Source: Prorocentrum cordatum
Taxonomy: Eukaryota
Assembly (NCBI GenBank): GCA_963575745.1
Contig: CAUYUJ010000237.1
Location: forward strand, 558,001-622,000
DNA: 64,000 nucleotides
Direction: 5' to 3'
Below are positions 39,873-52,720 of the stretch, piece after piece (the stretch's first letter is position 1; each line of letters opens with the position of its first letter). Below the pieces are notes generated by a model. That model saw only the letters and a program-made list of their open reading frames with translations. It ran no database searches and had not been told where the DNA came from. The position numbers and the translations under genes were made by a program.

Positions 39873-40739
39873 CCTACCTATTGGCAGGGGCATCCCCAAG
39901 CAATAGGTTTCAAACGGAGGCCGAGGGCCGCAGTTCTGGATTCATGCATTCAGTTGCCCATGAAGTGATTGAGGGCAGCAGTTCTGGATCCCAGCAGACT
40001 ACTATTCCAGAAGCTTTCGCCGCGAGTGACCGCTTTCGAGCCCTGCTTGCGCGCGGACAAGTGCCGAGGCTTGCCGCCAATGTGTTGGCGGCCCTTCATA
40101 ACGAGGGAGGGAGTGGGGGGACTGGTCGTCGCCGTCGCGGGGGGAGGGAGAGGGGATCGACGTTCTGAGGTGCCGCTCGTGCCAGCGGGGTCGGTGCGTG
40201 CGCGTCCGCGCCAAGGCGGCTTCCGCGGACCAGCGGCTAGTATGTGGCCGCCGCTCAGGGCCACGGCGGTCGGTTCCAGAGGTTGGCCTTTCCGCCGCAC
40301 AGGGCCCGAGCGTTTTTCCAGGACTGGCAGTCTCGCTCCGCGGTTTCTTCCGTCTCACATCTCGGCGGGGGGGCCCGCTGTGGCCCCCCTTCCATATTCC
40401 CTGCAGTTGCCGCGTCGCGAAGCGATGGAATGAACCAGCGTTGAACTGATCCCTCATGCTTTCGAATCGGATTCTCCTCTTCCTCCTCTTCCCCTTCGTT
40501 CTCCTCTCGGGTCGGCCATACAAGGGGGATGGAAACCAGGAGAGGGGGGTACGAAACCTGCTGCATGCAGCCGGTTCCGGCTCCGATCTGCCGCCGTGCG
40601 CTTTCCTCGATGCAGGTGACGCGTCTGGCGCCAGGAGGCACTGGGAAAGTCAGCGACGTGAGCTGACTCGCTGGCCTGACGCGTATGGCTCTCTCAAGCC
40701 CGTGCTTATTTTCAGTACGCGTGTCAACGTTCCGGCCCC

Positions 40740-41170
40740 TGCTCGGGCTCGTCAGGATTCGAATCAAGCTGGCGGTGGCATGCGAACACAGCAAGTGCAT
40801 GAGTGACACAATGCTGCGTGCAATGCTGTCGCAGACAAGCAAGCGGCGACTGTTCCACAGCATCCCTCCATCAGTTGTTTCGGCCCTCGGAGGGTCCGCT
40901 CGTCGCCGCGGCTGGATCTCCGCCCGGCATGACACGGGCCAGGGCGGTGCTCGGGAGAAGTCCGGCCGGGGATCGAGCTTGAGAAGTGGATTGCTCACGG
41001 TCCGCGGGGCGGTGCAGCCGCGGTAGGGTCCCCATCAGCTGCCCAGGCGCCGCCTGCGACGAGCATGCCGACCTGGGCGAGGCCACGCTTGCGGCGGCAC
41101 AAGCAAGCGCAAGCGGGCCCGGCACGGCATCATCGCCCTGGCATCGCCCTCGAACCACGCGGGTTTCTGC
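40740..41170 (-). mobile_element. Possible decayed LINE reverse-transcriptase N-terminal fragment
   Basis: Minus-strand remnants GAWAADG.P, WPVS and NSRRLLVCDSIAR resemble the KAxGxDG / WP..W / R.I.L..... region, spread across frames. Confidence 0.3.
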
Positions 41171-42519
41171 AGGCCGTGAGGCGAGAACCACTTTGTGAAA
41201 AAGGACCCGCCCAATATCCTGGAAGATGCGGCAAGCCTTCAAAGACGAATGTGCGCGGCACTAAAAGGAGAACCACCTTTTGAAAACGGCCCGCTACCGA
41301 TCCGGGAAACGTGTACAATGTTTCAAGACGAGTGCGGGCGACGCGAAGGCTGGAGCCGCATTTTGAAAACGGCCCGCCCTCCATCTGTGAAGCTGTTGTA
41401 ATTTTCACGCGTCGGGATCGTAGATGTTGAGGAATTCGAAGGCGAATCGCCCAGCCCGCCCTGCGGGAACCTTCAGGGTCCGAAGGAAGGAGTTCGTCAA
41501 AAGGAGACGGGGTGGATGAGGAGGAGGGTGCGGATGAGCAGCACCAGTGCACACCCAAGACGCATCAACGATGTTGCAACGAAACGTCCCTCCAAGTTCC
41601 TTCCTCGCAGGGCCCTACAAGAATGTGTGTCCATTTCGGGGAATGGTTCATTGAAGAGAGCTGTCTGAGAACATTAAATCGTTCGAGCACATCTTGTCTG
41701 GAACTTCGGCATCGCGAATCAACGCTGCCGTTGCGTCTGGCTGGCCAATCCGAAATATTGCCTGAACATCTTGCCTGAGATTTCACCGCGAATCAACGTG
41801 ACTGTTATTTGCATTCTTTCCAAATGACTGCGCGCGGCGCTGAAGTGAGAGACACATTTCGAAAAAAAGGAACCAGCCTCCATCAATGAAGCTTCTGCGC
41901 TGCACATGTTTAAGGCGTATATGTTCGGCGCTGAAGCGTCAGCTACATTTTGACAATGTGCGCGGCGCCTGTGCGAGAACCACAGTTTGAAAACCACCCG
42001 CACTCCATCTGTGAAGCCCTTGCGAACTTTGAAGAAAAATGCACGCGGTGCTTAAGCGAGAGGCAGCTTTTCAAACTCACCCGCTTTCCATCCGTGAAAC
42101 TGTTGCCATGTGTCCTCGTATCCTAAGATGTTGTTCTTGCTATTACTCAGACGCCTCTGGACCTCCGCCCTCGCACCTCACACCCTCCTCCTCCTCTTCC
42201 TCTTCCTCCCACACACCCACTCATACCGAGTCACTCAGACTTCAGGTTCACTCGCACCCAGACTTTGTTCACTCACACTCAGACTTCAGGTTCACTCACA
42301 CTCATCCAGACTCGCTCATATTCAGGTTCACTCACACCCAGGCTTTGTTTGTATTCAGAGACGCTCACACCCAGACCCATTCATGGTCAAACTCGCTAAC
42401 CCTCAGGCCACTCAGACTCACTCGCAATCAGATTCCATCATTTTCAGACCCATTCTCGCTCAGACTCACTTGGGCCACTGCTCACCGCGATCAAGCAGGC
42501 GTGGCTTATGGGCACCCCA

Positions 42520-43050
42520 AGAGGGAGCCACCACAGTAAGGACACTGCAGGATTCGCGCCGAGATCGTGGGGATGTCTCTTGGTGGTTTGCCGATTCGGG
42601 TGCTCAGCGTCCTTTGCTGTCGGAGCAGTTTGTGAGGATGTCTCAGGCGAGGCGCTGGGTTTCAGCACTACCAAAGGGGAAGCCGCTAGGGTGAGGACAC
42701 TGCAGGAGTCGCGCCCAGATCGTGGGGATGTCTCTGGGTGGTTTGCCTATTCGGGTGCCCAGCGTCCTTTGCTGTCGGAGCAGTTTGTGAGGATGTCTCA
42801 GGCGAGGCGCTGGGTTTCAGCACTCTCAAGAGGGAGCCGCCACAGTGGAGACACTGCAGGATTCGCGCCCGGATTGTGGGGATGTCTCTCGGTGGTTTGC
42901 CTATTTGGGTGCCCAGCGTCCTTAGTTTTCGGAGCAGTTTGTGAGGATGTCTCAGGCGAGGCGCTGGGTTTCAGCACTTCCAAAGGGGAAGCCGCTAGGG
43001 TGAGGACACTGCAGGAGTCGCGCTCAGATCGTGGGGATGTCTCCGGCGGT
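42520..43050 (+). repeat. ~155-bp tandem repeat, about 3.4 copies, alternating A/B linkers
   Basis: GACACTGCAGGA units at ~42541, 42696, 42850 and 43005. Confidence 0.9.
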
Positions 43051-43674
43051 TTGCTAATTGCTGCCCCCAAGCTTCTCTTGGGGCTTTCATCCTCCTCTGC
43101 GTCACTCCGGCGCACGCATTCCCATGCAGACTTACTCACGAGCACCTCTTCTTCACACAGACCCTCTCAGCACATGCAGACCCACTAATACTCAGAGCCC
43201 CTCATACTCAGATTCGCTAATACCTAGACTTAGCCATTCGCAGACTCCCTCATACTCAAATTCGCCCATACCTAGACACTCATTTTCAGACTCGCTCAAA
43301 GTCGAACTCACCCACACCCAGACTGATTAACACTCAGACTCATTCGAAATCAGACTCACCCATCCCCAGACTCACGCGCACTCAGACTAAATTGTTCCAG
43401 GCTCGCTCATACTCATACTCACACCTTAGATCCATCAGACTAGTATGAGATGCACATGCGGGGATCTCCGCCTCGAGTACTTCAATTTCATGCGCGCCGT
43501 GCTGAGGCGAGAGCCATATCTTGAAGACGACCCGCCCCCCCATCCGTGAAACTGGTGCACATTTCAAGCGTCGGGATCGTGCATGGTGAGAAGCCTCATG
43601 CGAAACGACCGGCCCGCCCTGCCGACACGTCTAGCGGTCCGACGGGGAGGAGCTATTCATAAGGAAAAGGACTG

Positions 43675-44057
43675 GAGGAGGACGAGGAAGAATAGGAGGA
43701 GGCGGAGGAGGAGGAGGAAGAAGAGGAGGAGGCGGAGGAGGAGGAGGAGGAAGAACGGAGGGACAATCGAGGTGGAGGGGAAAAAGGCGGCGGAGGAGGA
43801 GGAGGAGGTGCAGGAGGACGAGGGCGAGGACAAGGGCAAGGACAAGGACGAGGGAGGAGGAGTTGAGTGAGGGAAGGAGAAGCACAAGGAAGAGGATGAC
43901 GATGATGACACTGATGATGATGCTGATGCTGCCGGCTGCTGCTGCTGATGATGATGGTGGTGATGATGCTGATGATGATGATGCTGATGACGATGCTGAT
44001 TCTGATGATGATGATGATGATGCTGATGACGATGATGATTATGATGATGCTGCTACT

Positions 44058-44111
<54 letters not shown>

Positions 44112-44472
44112 AGTGGTGGTGGTGATGATGATGATGATGATGATTGCGATGATGACGACGACGAGGAAGTTGAGGAGGAGGAGTTGAGGAGGAGGGGAGG
44201 AGGAGGAGGAGAGGAGGGAGGAGGAGGAGGAGGAGAGGACAGGAGGAGACGAGGAGGAGGAAGAGGAGCAGGACGAGGAGGGGAGGAGGAGGAAGAAGAG
44301 GCAACGGAGGGAGGAGAAGGAGCGCAGGGGGAGGCAGAGGGAGGATTGAGCGGAGACCGGAGATGGAAGGACAGGACGGAGGAGGCGGATGATGATGACG
44401 ATGATGATGATTATGCTGATTGATGATGATGATGATGATGACGATGATGATGATGATGATGATGATGATGAT

Positions 44473-44505
<33 letters not shown>

Positions 44506-44518
44506 CTGATGCTGATGC

Positions 44519-44560
<42 letters not shown>

Positions 44561-45180
44561 GATGATGATGATGATGAGGAGGAGGAGGAGGAGGGAGGAG
44601 GGAGGAGGTGGAGGGGGTGGAGGAGGAGAGGAGGAAGAGGAGGAAGAAGAGAGGAGAGGAGGAGGAGAGGGAGGAGGAGGAGGAGAGGGAGAGGAGGAGG
44701 AGGAGGAGGAGGACGAGGAGGAGGAGGAGGTGCTGTTGGAGGAAGAGGAGGAGGAGGTTGAGGAGGAGGAGGGGCAGGAGGCGAAATAATAGGCAAACGA
44801 GGGAGCAGAAGAAACGCAGGGAGAGACAGCAGGGATGATTCAGCGGAGAGGGTGGGTGGGGTTGGATTAACAGGATGGAGGAGGAGGCGGATGATGATGG
44901 GTGATGATGATGAGGAGGAGGAGGAGGAGCAGGAGGAAAAGAAGGAGGAAGAGGATGAGGAGAAGGAGGAGGGGGAGGATGAGGATAAGGAGGCAGGGGA
45001 GGAGGCGGATGATGAGGAGGAGGAGGACGAGGAGGATAATAATAATACTAATAATAATATTAATAATACTCATAATTATAGCAACAATATAAATAACAAT
45101 AATAACAATAATAACAATAATAATAATGCTATTACTAATAATAATACTAATAATAATAATAACAATAATAACACTAATAA
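43675..45180 (+). repeat. Alternating (GAG)n/(GAT)n microsatellites ending in (AAT)n
   Basis: Directly visible. Confidence 0.95.
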
Positions 45181-46604
45181 GGAACATGAAGAGGCCGAAC
45201 TCTTCGAGCGTTACGCTTGAAGCCCGCTCAATATAAAAGGAGGAGGGTTAGGGCAGGAGGAGGAAGAAAAAGAAGAGGACAAGGACCAGTGTCAAGTGTA
45301 ACCCCCCCAAGTGTCATCAGCGATGTTGCTATACACCCTCCCTCGAAGTTCCATCTTCATAGGCACCCGCAGAATTTGCTTTCGTTGCTGGAAGTGCCCC
45401 GTTGGAAGGCTACCGTGTGAGAATGTTCAATCGTGCCAAAATGCAATTTCTTTGACTCTACGCCGCGATTGAATATGGCTGTTGCTTCCTGACGATCCTG
45501 CATCGTACCAGAGCATCCTTCCTGGAACATCACACCGCGAGTCAACGCGACAGCTGCTTCCTGACGATCATACTGGAACGGCCTTACGGCGGGTGCCGCC
45601 GACCCTGAAGGGGGACGAGGACCACGACAGCGGCGTCGGCGGCGCCGACGAGGCTGACGTGGGGCAGATTCGTCCGGGATTCTTCGAGGGGCCTCTTCGG
45701 AGCGCGCTCGTAGGCCTCTGGGGGACAGCTTGGCGGCGCCTTGGGGGCATCCTGGGGGCCTCTTGAGGGTCCCTTCCAGCTTCCTCGGGCGCCTCCCTCC
45801 TCCGTCGTGGATCCGCCGCGGCCGCCGGGGCCCGCCGCGGCCTGCCGCTGGCGTGCGACCGCTGGCGTGCGAGCGGCCGCGGCCGTGCGCGCGGAGGCCC
45901 GCCGCAGGCCAGCGGAGCCTGCGCGGCCGCGCGGCTGGCCGCCGCCGGCCAGCGGCGCGCGCGCGCGCGCCGAGGCCGCCCTCGGCGAGGCCGGCGCGGC
46001 CGGCGACGAGCCCGAGGGGAGCGGCGCAGAGGCCGTCGCGCCGCGACGACGACGACGGCGGCGGCGGCGGCGGCGGCGGTGGCGACGACGGCGACGACGG
46101 TGGCGGCAGTGGCGTGAACGGCGGCGGCGACACCGGCGGCGACGGCGACGACGACGGCGACTGTGGCGGGAAGAGGGGGCAGGGAGGGAGGGGGAGGGAG
46201 GGGTGCGAGGGAAGGAGGATCAGGCGGAGCAGCAGGGAGGGGGAGGAAGACGAGGACCAGTGTAGACCCAAGAGTTCTCAACGATGTTGGAATAAACCTT
46301 CCCTCCAAGCTCCCTCTTCATAGGCCTCTACAACGGTTCATTTTCTTTGACGGAACTGCCTCGTTGGAAGACAACCGCTTAAAGACCCTGAAGCATACCA
46401 AAACATTGTTCTCAGGATTCCAACGCCACAGATATACCTGACTGTTACGCCTTGACGATCCTGAGTCGTGCCAGAACGCCATTCCTGGGACGTCAACACA
46501 GCGGATCAACGTAACTGTTGCACCCGCGTAGGCCCGAATCATTCTAAAACACCATTTCTGGGAAGTGGATGATGGGAACGCATGCAACTCTTACACATGT
46601 TGTA

Positions 46605-47005
46605 AACGAATGTGCGCGGAGCTGAGGCGAGAACCACATTTAGAAACGGAGCCGCCCTCAATCCGTAAAGCTCTTGCGCATGTTTGAAACGAATGTGCGC
46701 GGCGCCAAGGCGAGAGCCACATTTTGAAAACGGGTTCCGTTCAGTCCGTGAAGCTCTTGGAAGTATTTAGAGCGAGTGTGCGCGGCGCTAAGGCCAGAAC
46801 CACATTTTGAAAACGGGTTCAGTTCAGTCCGTGAAGCTCGGGCAAATATTTAAGACGAGTGTGCGCGGCGCTACGGCGAGAGCCGCATTTTGAAAATGGG
46901 TTCCTCTCAATCCGTGAAGCTCTGGCATTTTTAAACGAATGTACACCACGATAAGGCGAGAGCCACATTTAGAAAACCACCCGCCCTCCATATGTGAAAC
47001 TATTG
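46605..47005 (+). repeat. ~80-bp tandem repeat (about 5 copies) of a family also found dispersed
   Basis: ACGAATGTGCGCGGCGC.AAGGCGAGA.CCACATTTTGAAAACGG..TCCGTGAAGCT. Further copies at 41180-41400, 41820-42105 and 63960-64000. Confidence 0.85.
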
Positions 47006-47129
47006 CGAACTTTTAAGCATCAGAGTAGTACATGGCGAGGGAGCCTCAGGCGAAACGCCCTGCCCGCCCGAAAAACTGGCTTCGGGGTGCGACATCGAGA
47101 AGCTCTTTATAAGGAAAAAGGAAAAGGAA

Positions 47130-47480
47130 TGGAGGAGGAGGAGGAGAATGAGGAGGAGGAGAAGAAGGAGGAGGCGGAGGAGGAGAGGAGGAGGAGGAGG
47201 AGGAGGAATCTGAGGAGTGGAGGAGGGGGAGGGAGGGAGGAGGAGGAGGAGGGGAGGAGGATGAGGAGGAAGGAGGAGGAGGAGGAGGGGAGGAGGAGGA
47301 GGAGGAGGAGGAGGAGGAGGAGGAGGAGGAGGAGGAGGAGGAGGAGGACGAGGGTCTCAGTCATTATTGGCAACCGACCTACATCGGCAGCGACAGGAAG
47401 AGATGGAGGAATGAAAAAGGAGGAGGAGGAGGAGGAGGAGGAGAAGGAGGGGCGGAAATTGGAGGAAGAGGGAGGAAGGG
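47130..47480 (+). repeat. (GAG)n microsatellite
   Basis: Directly visible. Further GAG runs at 36540-36592, 37061-37200, 49275-49340, 57049-57221, 58328-58528 and 59875-59962. Confidence 0.95.
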
Positions 47481-48050
47481 AGGGAGCGAGGCATGGGGGG
47501 ATGAGGGATGGAGGACAACGGATGGATGGATGGATGGATGGAGGGAGGCTGGACACGCTAGGTGTGCCCGCGCAATGTCTGACATCCTACCCTGCCCACA
47601 CTGCCCTTCCCATTGCGCTGAATTCATCAGTATCTGCGGGCTGGGGTGCCCTAGAGGACCTGGATCCCCAACGTGACCCACTCGTGTGGTGCGTGAACAA
47701 GAGAGGGGGAGGGGGGGGGGCTTTCTACCATGCAGGAGGAGGTGGCGGATGAACACGAGGATGGCCAGGAGGAAGAGGATGATGAGAAAGGGCGAGGGGC
47801 CGGGAGAGGGGGAGCGAGATGGGGAGGATCAGCACCAGCAGGATCAGGGGGAGTAGGATGAGCGGGAGGAGCAGGATGACCAGGGGAGGCGAGGGAGGAG
47901 ACACGAGGGGGGCGGCAGCGACAAGCAGCGACTCGGACCCAGAAGCGTGGCCCGCGGTGGGGCGGCAGCGCCACTGCGGACGACTTGGGGGCCGCGCGCC
48001 GATCCCGAAGCGTGGCCAACGCTGCAGCGGGAGCAGCATGCTTTCGATAC

Positions 48051-48246
48051 TCGGGCGATCGCAAACACGGAGTAAATGGGGGCGTGGTTTCGCGCCGGGT
48101 CCCGTTTTCATGGGAGATCGCGGACTTCCGCCGCCGGGCGAGGCGGCACCGACCGCTTTTTGGGGGAGGGCACCTCCCCCGATCCATGGATTTGGCGACC
48201 GCGCGCCCAATCCGTGGACCGCTGATCCATGTTTGCGCGCCCCCGA
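48051..48246. mobile_element. TCGGG..CCCGA MITE
   Basis: TCGGGCGATCGCAAACA..TGTTTGCGCGCCCCCGA. Flanks GATAC/AATAC (4 of 5 match). Confidence 0.7.
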
Positions 48247-48426
48247 AATACCGAGGACGTACCGTTCCGATCGACAAGACACGAATGCACTGTCGGTATT
48301 GAGCATCATGCGCTGTTGCATGCTCAATGTGCACAAGAGGCGGCGGGCGGCAACGTTGCATATAGGGGAGAGAGAGAGAGAGAGAGAGGGAGAGAGAGGG
48401 AGAGAGAGGGAGAGAGAGAAGAGGGC

Positions 48427-48596
48427 ACAGGCAATCCGCATAGTGAGGATGATCAACTGTCCAAGGCTACCCTTGCATCCTCGGCCCCGTTGGCCCATCC
48501 TCAGCGACTTTCGCCGGCCAGCCTCGCTCGGAAAACGTTGAGATGGCCCTCCAAGGCCCTTGCATGACCGCGCCTCAGTGTTCTACGGGTTGACTG
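48427..48596. mobile_element. TA-CAGTC MITE family C, right end intact
   Basis: Ends CTACGGGTTGACTG-TA. Body homologous to 36734-36898. Confidence 0.65.
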
Positions 48597-49561
48597 TAGT
48601 ATTCGTAGTGTGTGGTTGTTGAGGGGGCAGGGGGAATAGCGGGAGGAGGAGGAGGGAGAAGGAGCTCTTCCTTCCCCTGCCCTGGCCCCCAGTCACCTCC
48701 TGTTTTTTTTGTTGTCCTCCGTGCACCCCTGCCCCCCGCCTCCCCCCTTCTTTTCGAAGGGAGGACCCTGGGGGCACGATGGATGGGAGGCGCTGAGAGA
48801 GAGGGGCCACGGGGAGGGACAGAGAGGCGAGGCGGTGGTGGCGAGCAGAGGGGGTTCACGAGGGGGGCGTGGGCAGGAAGTGGGGAGGGAAGGCGGCAGG
48901 AGGAGGGACCACAGCCAGAGCTCCAGGAACCAAAGCATTTTTTCGTCAAGCTTGAATGGCGCCTGTGAAAAGGAGGAGGGACCACGACATGGATGGGAAG
49001 AGGGACGATAGGAGAAGGAGGAGGGAGGACGGACGAGGCCGATGAGGAGGCAGGCACGAGTGAGCCCAGTAGGCGTCAGCGATCCTGCCACGCACGCCCT
49101 CCCGTCCCAAGTCCCCGCCTCATGATTGCTGGCGGCTGGCCTTTCTTTCACTGCGGGAAGCGTCCATTCGAAGGACGAGCGCCACACAGGCCTCTGCCAT
49201 TCAGGCGAGAGCTACTCGTGGAAAGCGATGCGTCACCCATCCGCCTTGCCGCCAGATGCGCAGAGGAAGGGGGGAGGAGGAGGAGGAGGAGGAGGAGGAG
49301 GAGGAGGAGGAGGAGGAGGAGGAGGAGAAGGAGGAGGAGGTGCGAACGCCTGGAGAAGAAGCAGACCTGGTGTGTGGTCAGACAGCTGGAGGACGTGCTG
49401 AGTGAGAGCGAGCCCCCCTGTGCAAAAGGGAGCCACCTTCCGCCCGTGCCGCTGCTGCCCCGTCCGTGCACCCGGCGCGGGGGGCACGAGCGGCGGAGGG
49501 AGCCTCCAGCGAGGGCCGGCCGTGGAAACGACCTGTGTGCGAACATCGGCGCGAACGAAGT

Positions 49562-49753
49562 TCGGGTCGGGCGAGAGGGGGGGTTGGGAAAGGGGGGGTA
49601 CGAAATCTGCTGCATGTAGCTGGTTTCGACCCCACCGAGGGGCCCGTTCCTCGATACATAGCCGCCTCCGGCGCCGGGAGGCGCCGGGAAAATCAGCTAC
49701 GTGAGCTGATTCTGAACCCCGCCTTTGCTATCCCCCACTTTCGCCCGGCCCGA
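49562..49753. mobile_element. TCGGG..CCCGA MITE with 5-bp TSD GAAGT
   Basis: GAAGT-TCGGGTCGGGCGA..TCGCCCGGCCCGA-GAAGT. Homolog of 16363-16555. Confidence 0.85.
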
Positions 49754-51136
49754 GAAGTGGGTACGGAAAGAGTGGGTACAATGCCCAACATCAGTTCTGG
49801 TTCATTTTGGACAGGACTCGCTGTCGGCGTCGCCGCGGCACGTGCACATCTGAGATAGGGGGCCGCCTGCCCAACAGCGGCCGCTGTTGGTTTGGGACAA
49901 CATTTGTTGTCGGGCATTGTGCCCATTTTTTCCGTATCCATTTAGGGCGTCCAAAGAGCAGCTGGGGGCTGTTGAAACCGTTGTGTGCGGTGCTCAACCG
50001 AGAGGAGCACTACAGCAAGGACGCCCCCTCCATCCGTGCAGCAATTGGCACGCTCAAGCCCCGGGAGCATACGCGTTGTTCCTTTCTAGTTCTTCGAGGG
50101 TTCTTTGATTTCCTTGGGGGCCAAGATCCTTTCATCTCTAATTGTTCTATCCTGGGCCTCTTCCTGGCCACTGGGGGGCCAGGAAAAATTGGAAATGAGC
50201 ACAATTAGAACTGAGCACGGTTCGAAATGAACGACGTGTGCTTTGCAAGGAAACGTCCAGAAGACCATCGTCCAGCCCGGACGAAGCGACAGGCCTGGTG
50301 GCGCGCAGAGGAGGGGGGAACGGGGAGAAGAACGGAGGGGGAAGAAGCCAGGAGCGAGGGCGGAAGAGGAGGAGCAGCAACGGTAGGATATGGAGGGGTG
50401 GGGCAGGATAACAGGGCTAGGATCGGGATAAATCGCTCCAGAGCGTTCCGGAGCGCTCTCAGAGCGCTCCGGAACGCTCTGGAGCGGCCGCGGCGCCCAA
50501 TACATCCTCCAAACCCGCCGAGTCTCAGAGATTTCGAGTTATCCTGATCCGATTTTGTCCCGATCTTCGCGTCGTTTTAGGCAGGACTCAGCAGGACATG
50601 GGAAGAAGGAGGAAGGAGGAAGTGGAAAGGTTGAAAGCAGACCATGGGTGAGTAGCAACGGGGGGGAACTCGAAGAATCAGGGAGGCTGGATACAGCATA
50701 CTGGACAAGAGGGAGGCACGGAGGAGACATGGCAATGAGGAAGAAGAAAGGGAGAACCAGGGGGGAGGATCATAAGGATCCTACAATAACCCACCAACCC
50801 TCGAAATCTGCTCCCTCCTGCCCCTTCCCCTCCTCCACGTCTTCAGCGTAGTGCACACCCCCGGCAACGATGCCCTCTGGCATCTTCTTGCGGATTTCCG
50901 AGCTCCGAGTTCCAAGTTCCCCTCCTCCACCCTCCCCCATACATCCTTCGCTCGTGTCTCCAATCCCATCCCTCCCTGCATGCGTGCTTCCCTGGCTCCC
51001 TCCTTGGGTCCTGGTCGACTTCCTCTTGTAATTTCTCCCGCAGCCATCCAAGGGGATTCAAGCGGCTCGGGTCTGGACGGTGCTGAAGTCCCCAGCATTA
51101 CCAGAAATTGTTGCCTTGCGCGCAAGACTCCAGGCC

Positions 51137-52132
51137 ATGATGGAGATCTCGAAGGTGAGACAGCAGAGAGTCCAACGAGATGCAGCTGCATTGTCTGCTG
51201 CTATTAAAAATTATGGAAAGACGACCCAGTGGGTAATGGCGCTTGCGTCCTTACGACATGCACTGCGTTCAAGCGTTCAGGCCGACGTCGTCGTGTACAA
51301 CGTCGCCATCAGCACATGTGGAAAAGGCAGACAGTGGCAGCAAGCGCTGTCATTACTGAGGGAAGTGTGGAACTTGAAGCTGGAGCCAGACACGATCACC
51401 TGCAACGCTGGAATTAGCGCATGCGAGAAAGGTGGACAATGGCATCAGGCACTGTCGTTGCTAAGGGAGCTGCGGGAGCATGGGGTTTGGCCAGATGCCA
51501 TCAGCTATAACGCAGGAATTAGCGCGTGTGAAAAAGGTGGGCGGTGGCAGCATGCGGTGTCGCTGCTGGTGGAACTGTGCGATGTGAATTTGGAACCAGA
51601 TGTTTTCAGCTACAGTGCTGGAATCAGTGCATGTGAGAAGGGTGGTCGGTGGCAGCAGGCGCTGTCGCTGCTGATGGAGCTATGCGAAGCGAATTTGGAA
51701 CTGGATGTTTTCAGCTTCAGTGCTGGAATCAGCGCATGTGCGAAAGGTGGGCAATGGCAGCAGGCCTTGTCGCTGCTAGGTAGTCTGAGGGGGGCGAAGA
51801 CGGAGCCGAACGCCGTCAGCTATAACGCTGCAATCAGCGCGTGCGAGAAAGCTGGGCAATGGGAGCGGGCACTGTGTCTCCTGGCAGAATTCGACAAAGC
51901 AAGACTAAATCCAGATGTCATCAGCTACAGCTCCGGAATCAGTGCGTGCGAGAAAAGTGGACAGTGGCAACGGGCCCTACTATTGCTTGGGGACTCCTGG
52001 GCATCGCGGCTGCGTCCGAACGCCATCTGCTACAGCGCTGCAGTCAGCGCCTGCGAGAAGGGTGGCGAGTGGCAGCACGCTCTGTCGCTGGTGCGGGAGA
52101 TGGGGGGAGCGAGGGTGGCGCCAGACGTCATC
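51137..52132 (+). CDS. Pentatricopeptide repeat (PPR) protein, block 1 (9 P-type motifs)
   Basis: 35-aa repeats such as PDAISYNAGISACEKGGRWQHAVSLLVELCDVNLE. Similarity stops at PDVI, although the frame stays open to 52345. Confidence 0.9.
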
Positions 52133-52579
52133 ATCGACACCTCTACCGTTCTGGCACGCAGGCGTGCCGGGGCAATGCCTCCCGTCCAGGAGCCCTCCCC
52201 GCCAGGTGCCCCGGCGGCCCAGGCAGGAAGGCCCTCGGCGGCGCGCCTCCGACGGGCTCCGGCGGGCTGGAGGTGCCCCCCCCCCGCCCCCCCCACGGCT
52301 CCGGTGGGCGTCGGCGTGCCTTTGGAACCCGTCTCGGAGCCCTGACGATCGACGGAGAGGCTTCCGGAACTGCCCACGAGGCCCCCACGGCTCGCCACGA
52401 GCGGTCCCAGACGCTCGACGAGGCATCCGAGGTGCCCCAGGAGAGGCCCGAAGAGGCGCCAAGAGAGAGGCTTCAGATGTCACAACTCACTGCCAGTCAA
52501 CTGTTTCCCTAAAAAGCCGTGCCTGTCAGGGAACCAATTTCGCTTTTTACTACCTGGTGAGTGCACCGCTGGATCCAGG

Positions 52580-52720
52580 ATTGCCTCCCGTTGCCTCCCG
52601 TGGCCTCCCATTGCCTCCCGTGGCCTTTCGTTGCCGCCTCGCGTTGCTTCCCGTCGCCTCCCGTGGCCTCTGGTTGCCTACCGTGGCCTCCCGTTGCCTC
52701 TCGTGGTCTCCCATTGTCAT
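52580..52720 (+). repeat. 10-bp minisatellite (T[TG]GCCTCCCG)n
   Basis: Directly visible. Confidence 0.8.

Noticed and set aside
52133..52345. Pro/Ala-rich C-terminal tail of the PPR ORF
   Set aside because: Probably read-through into GC-rich intervening DNA. Similarity ends sharply at PDVI, though a true terminus cannot be excluded.
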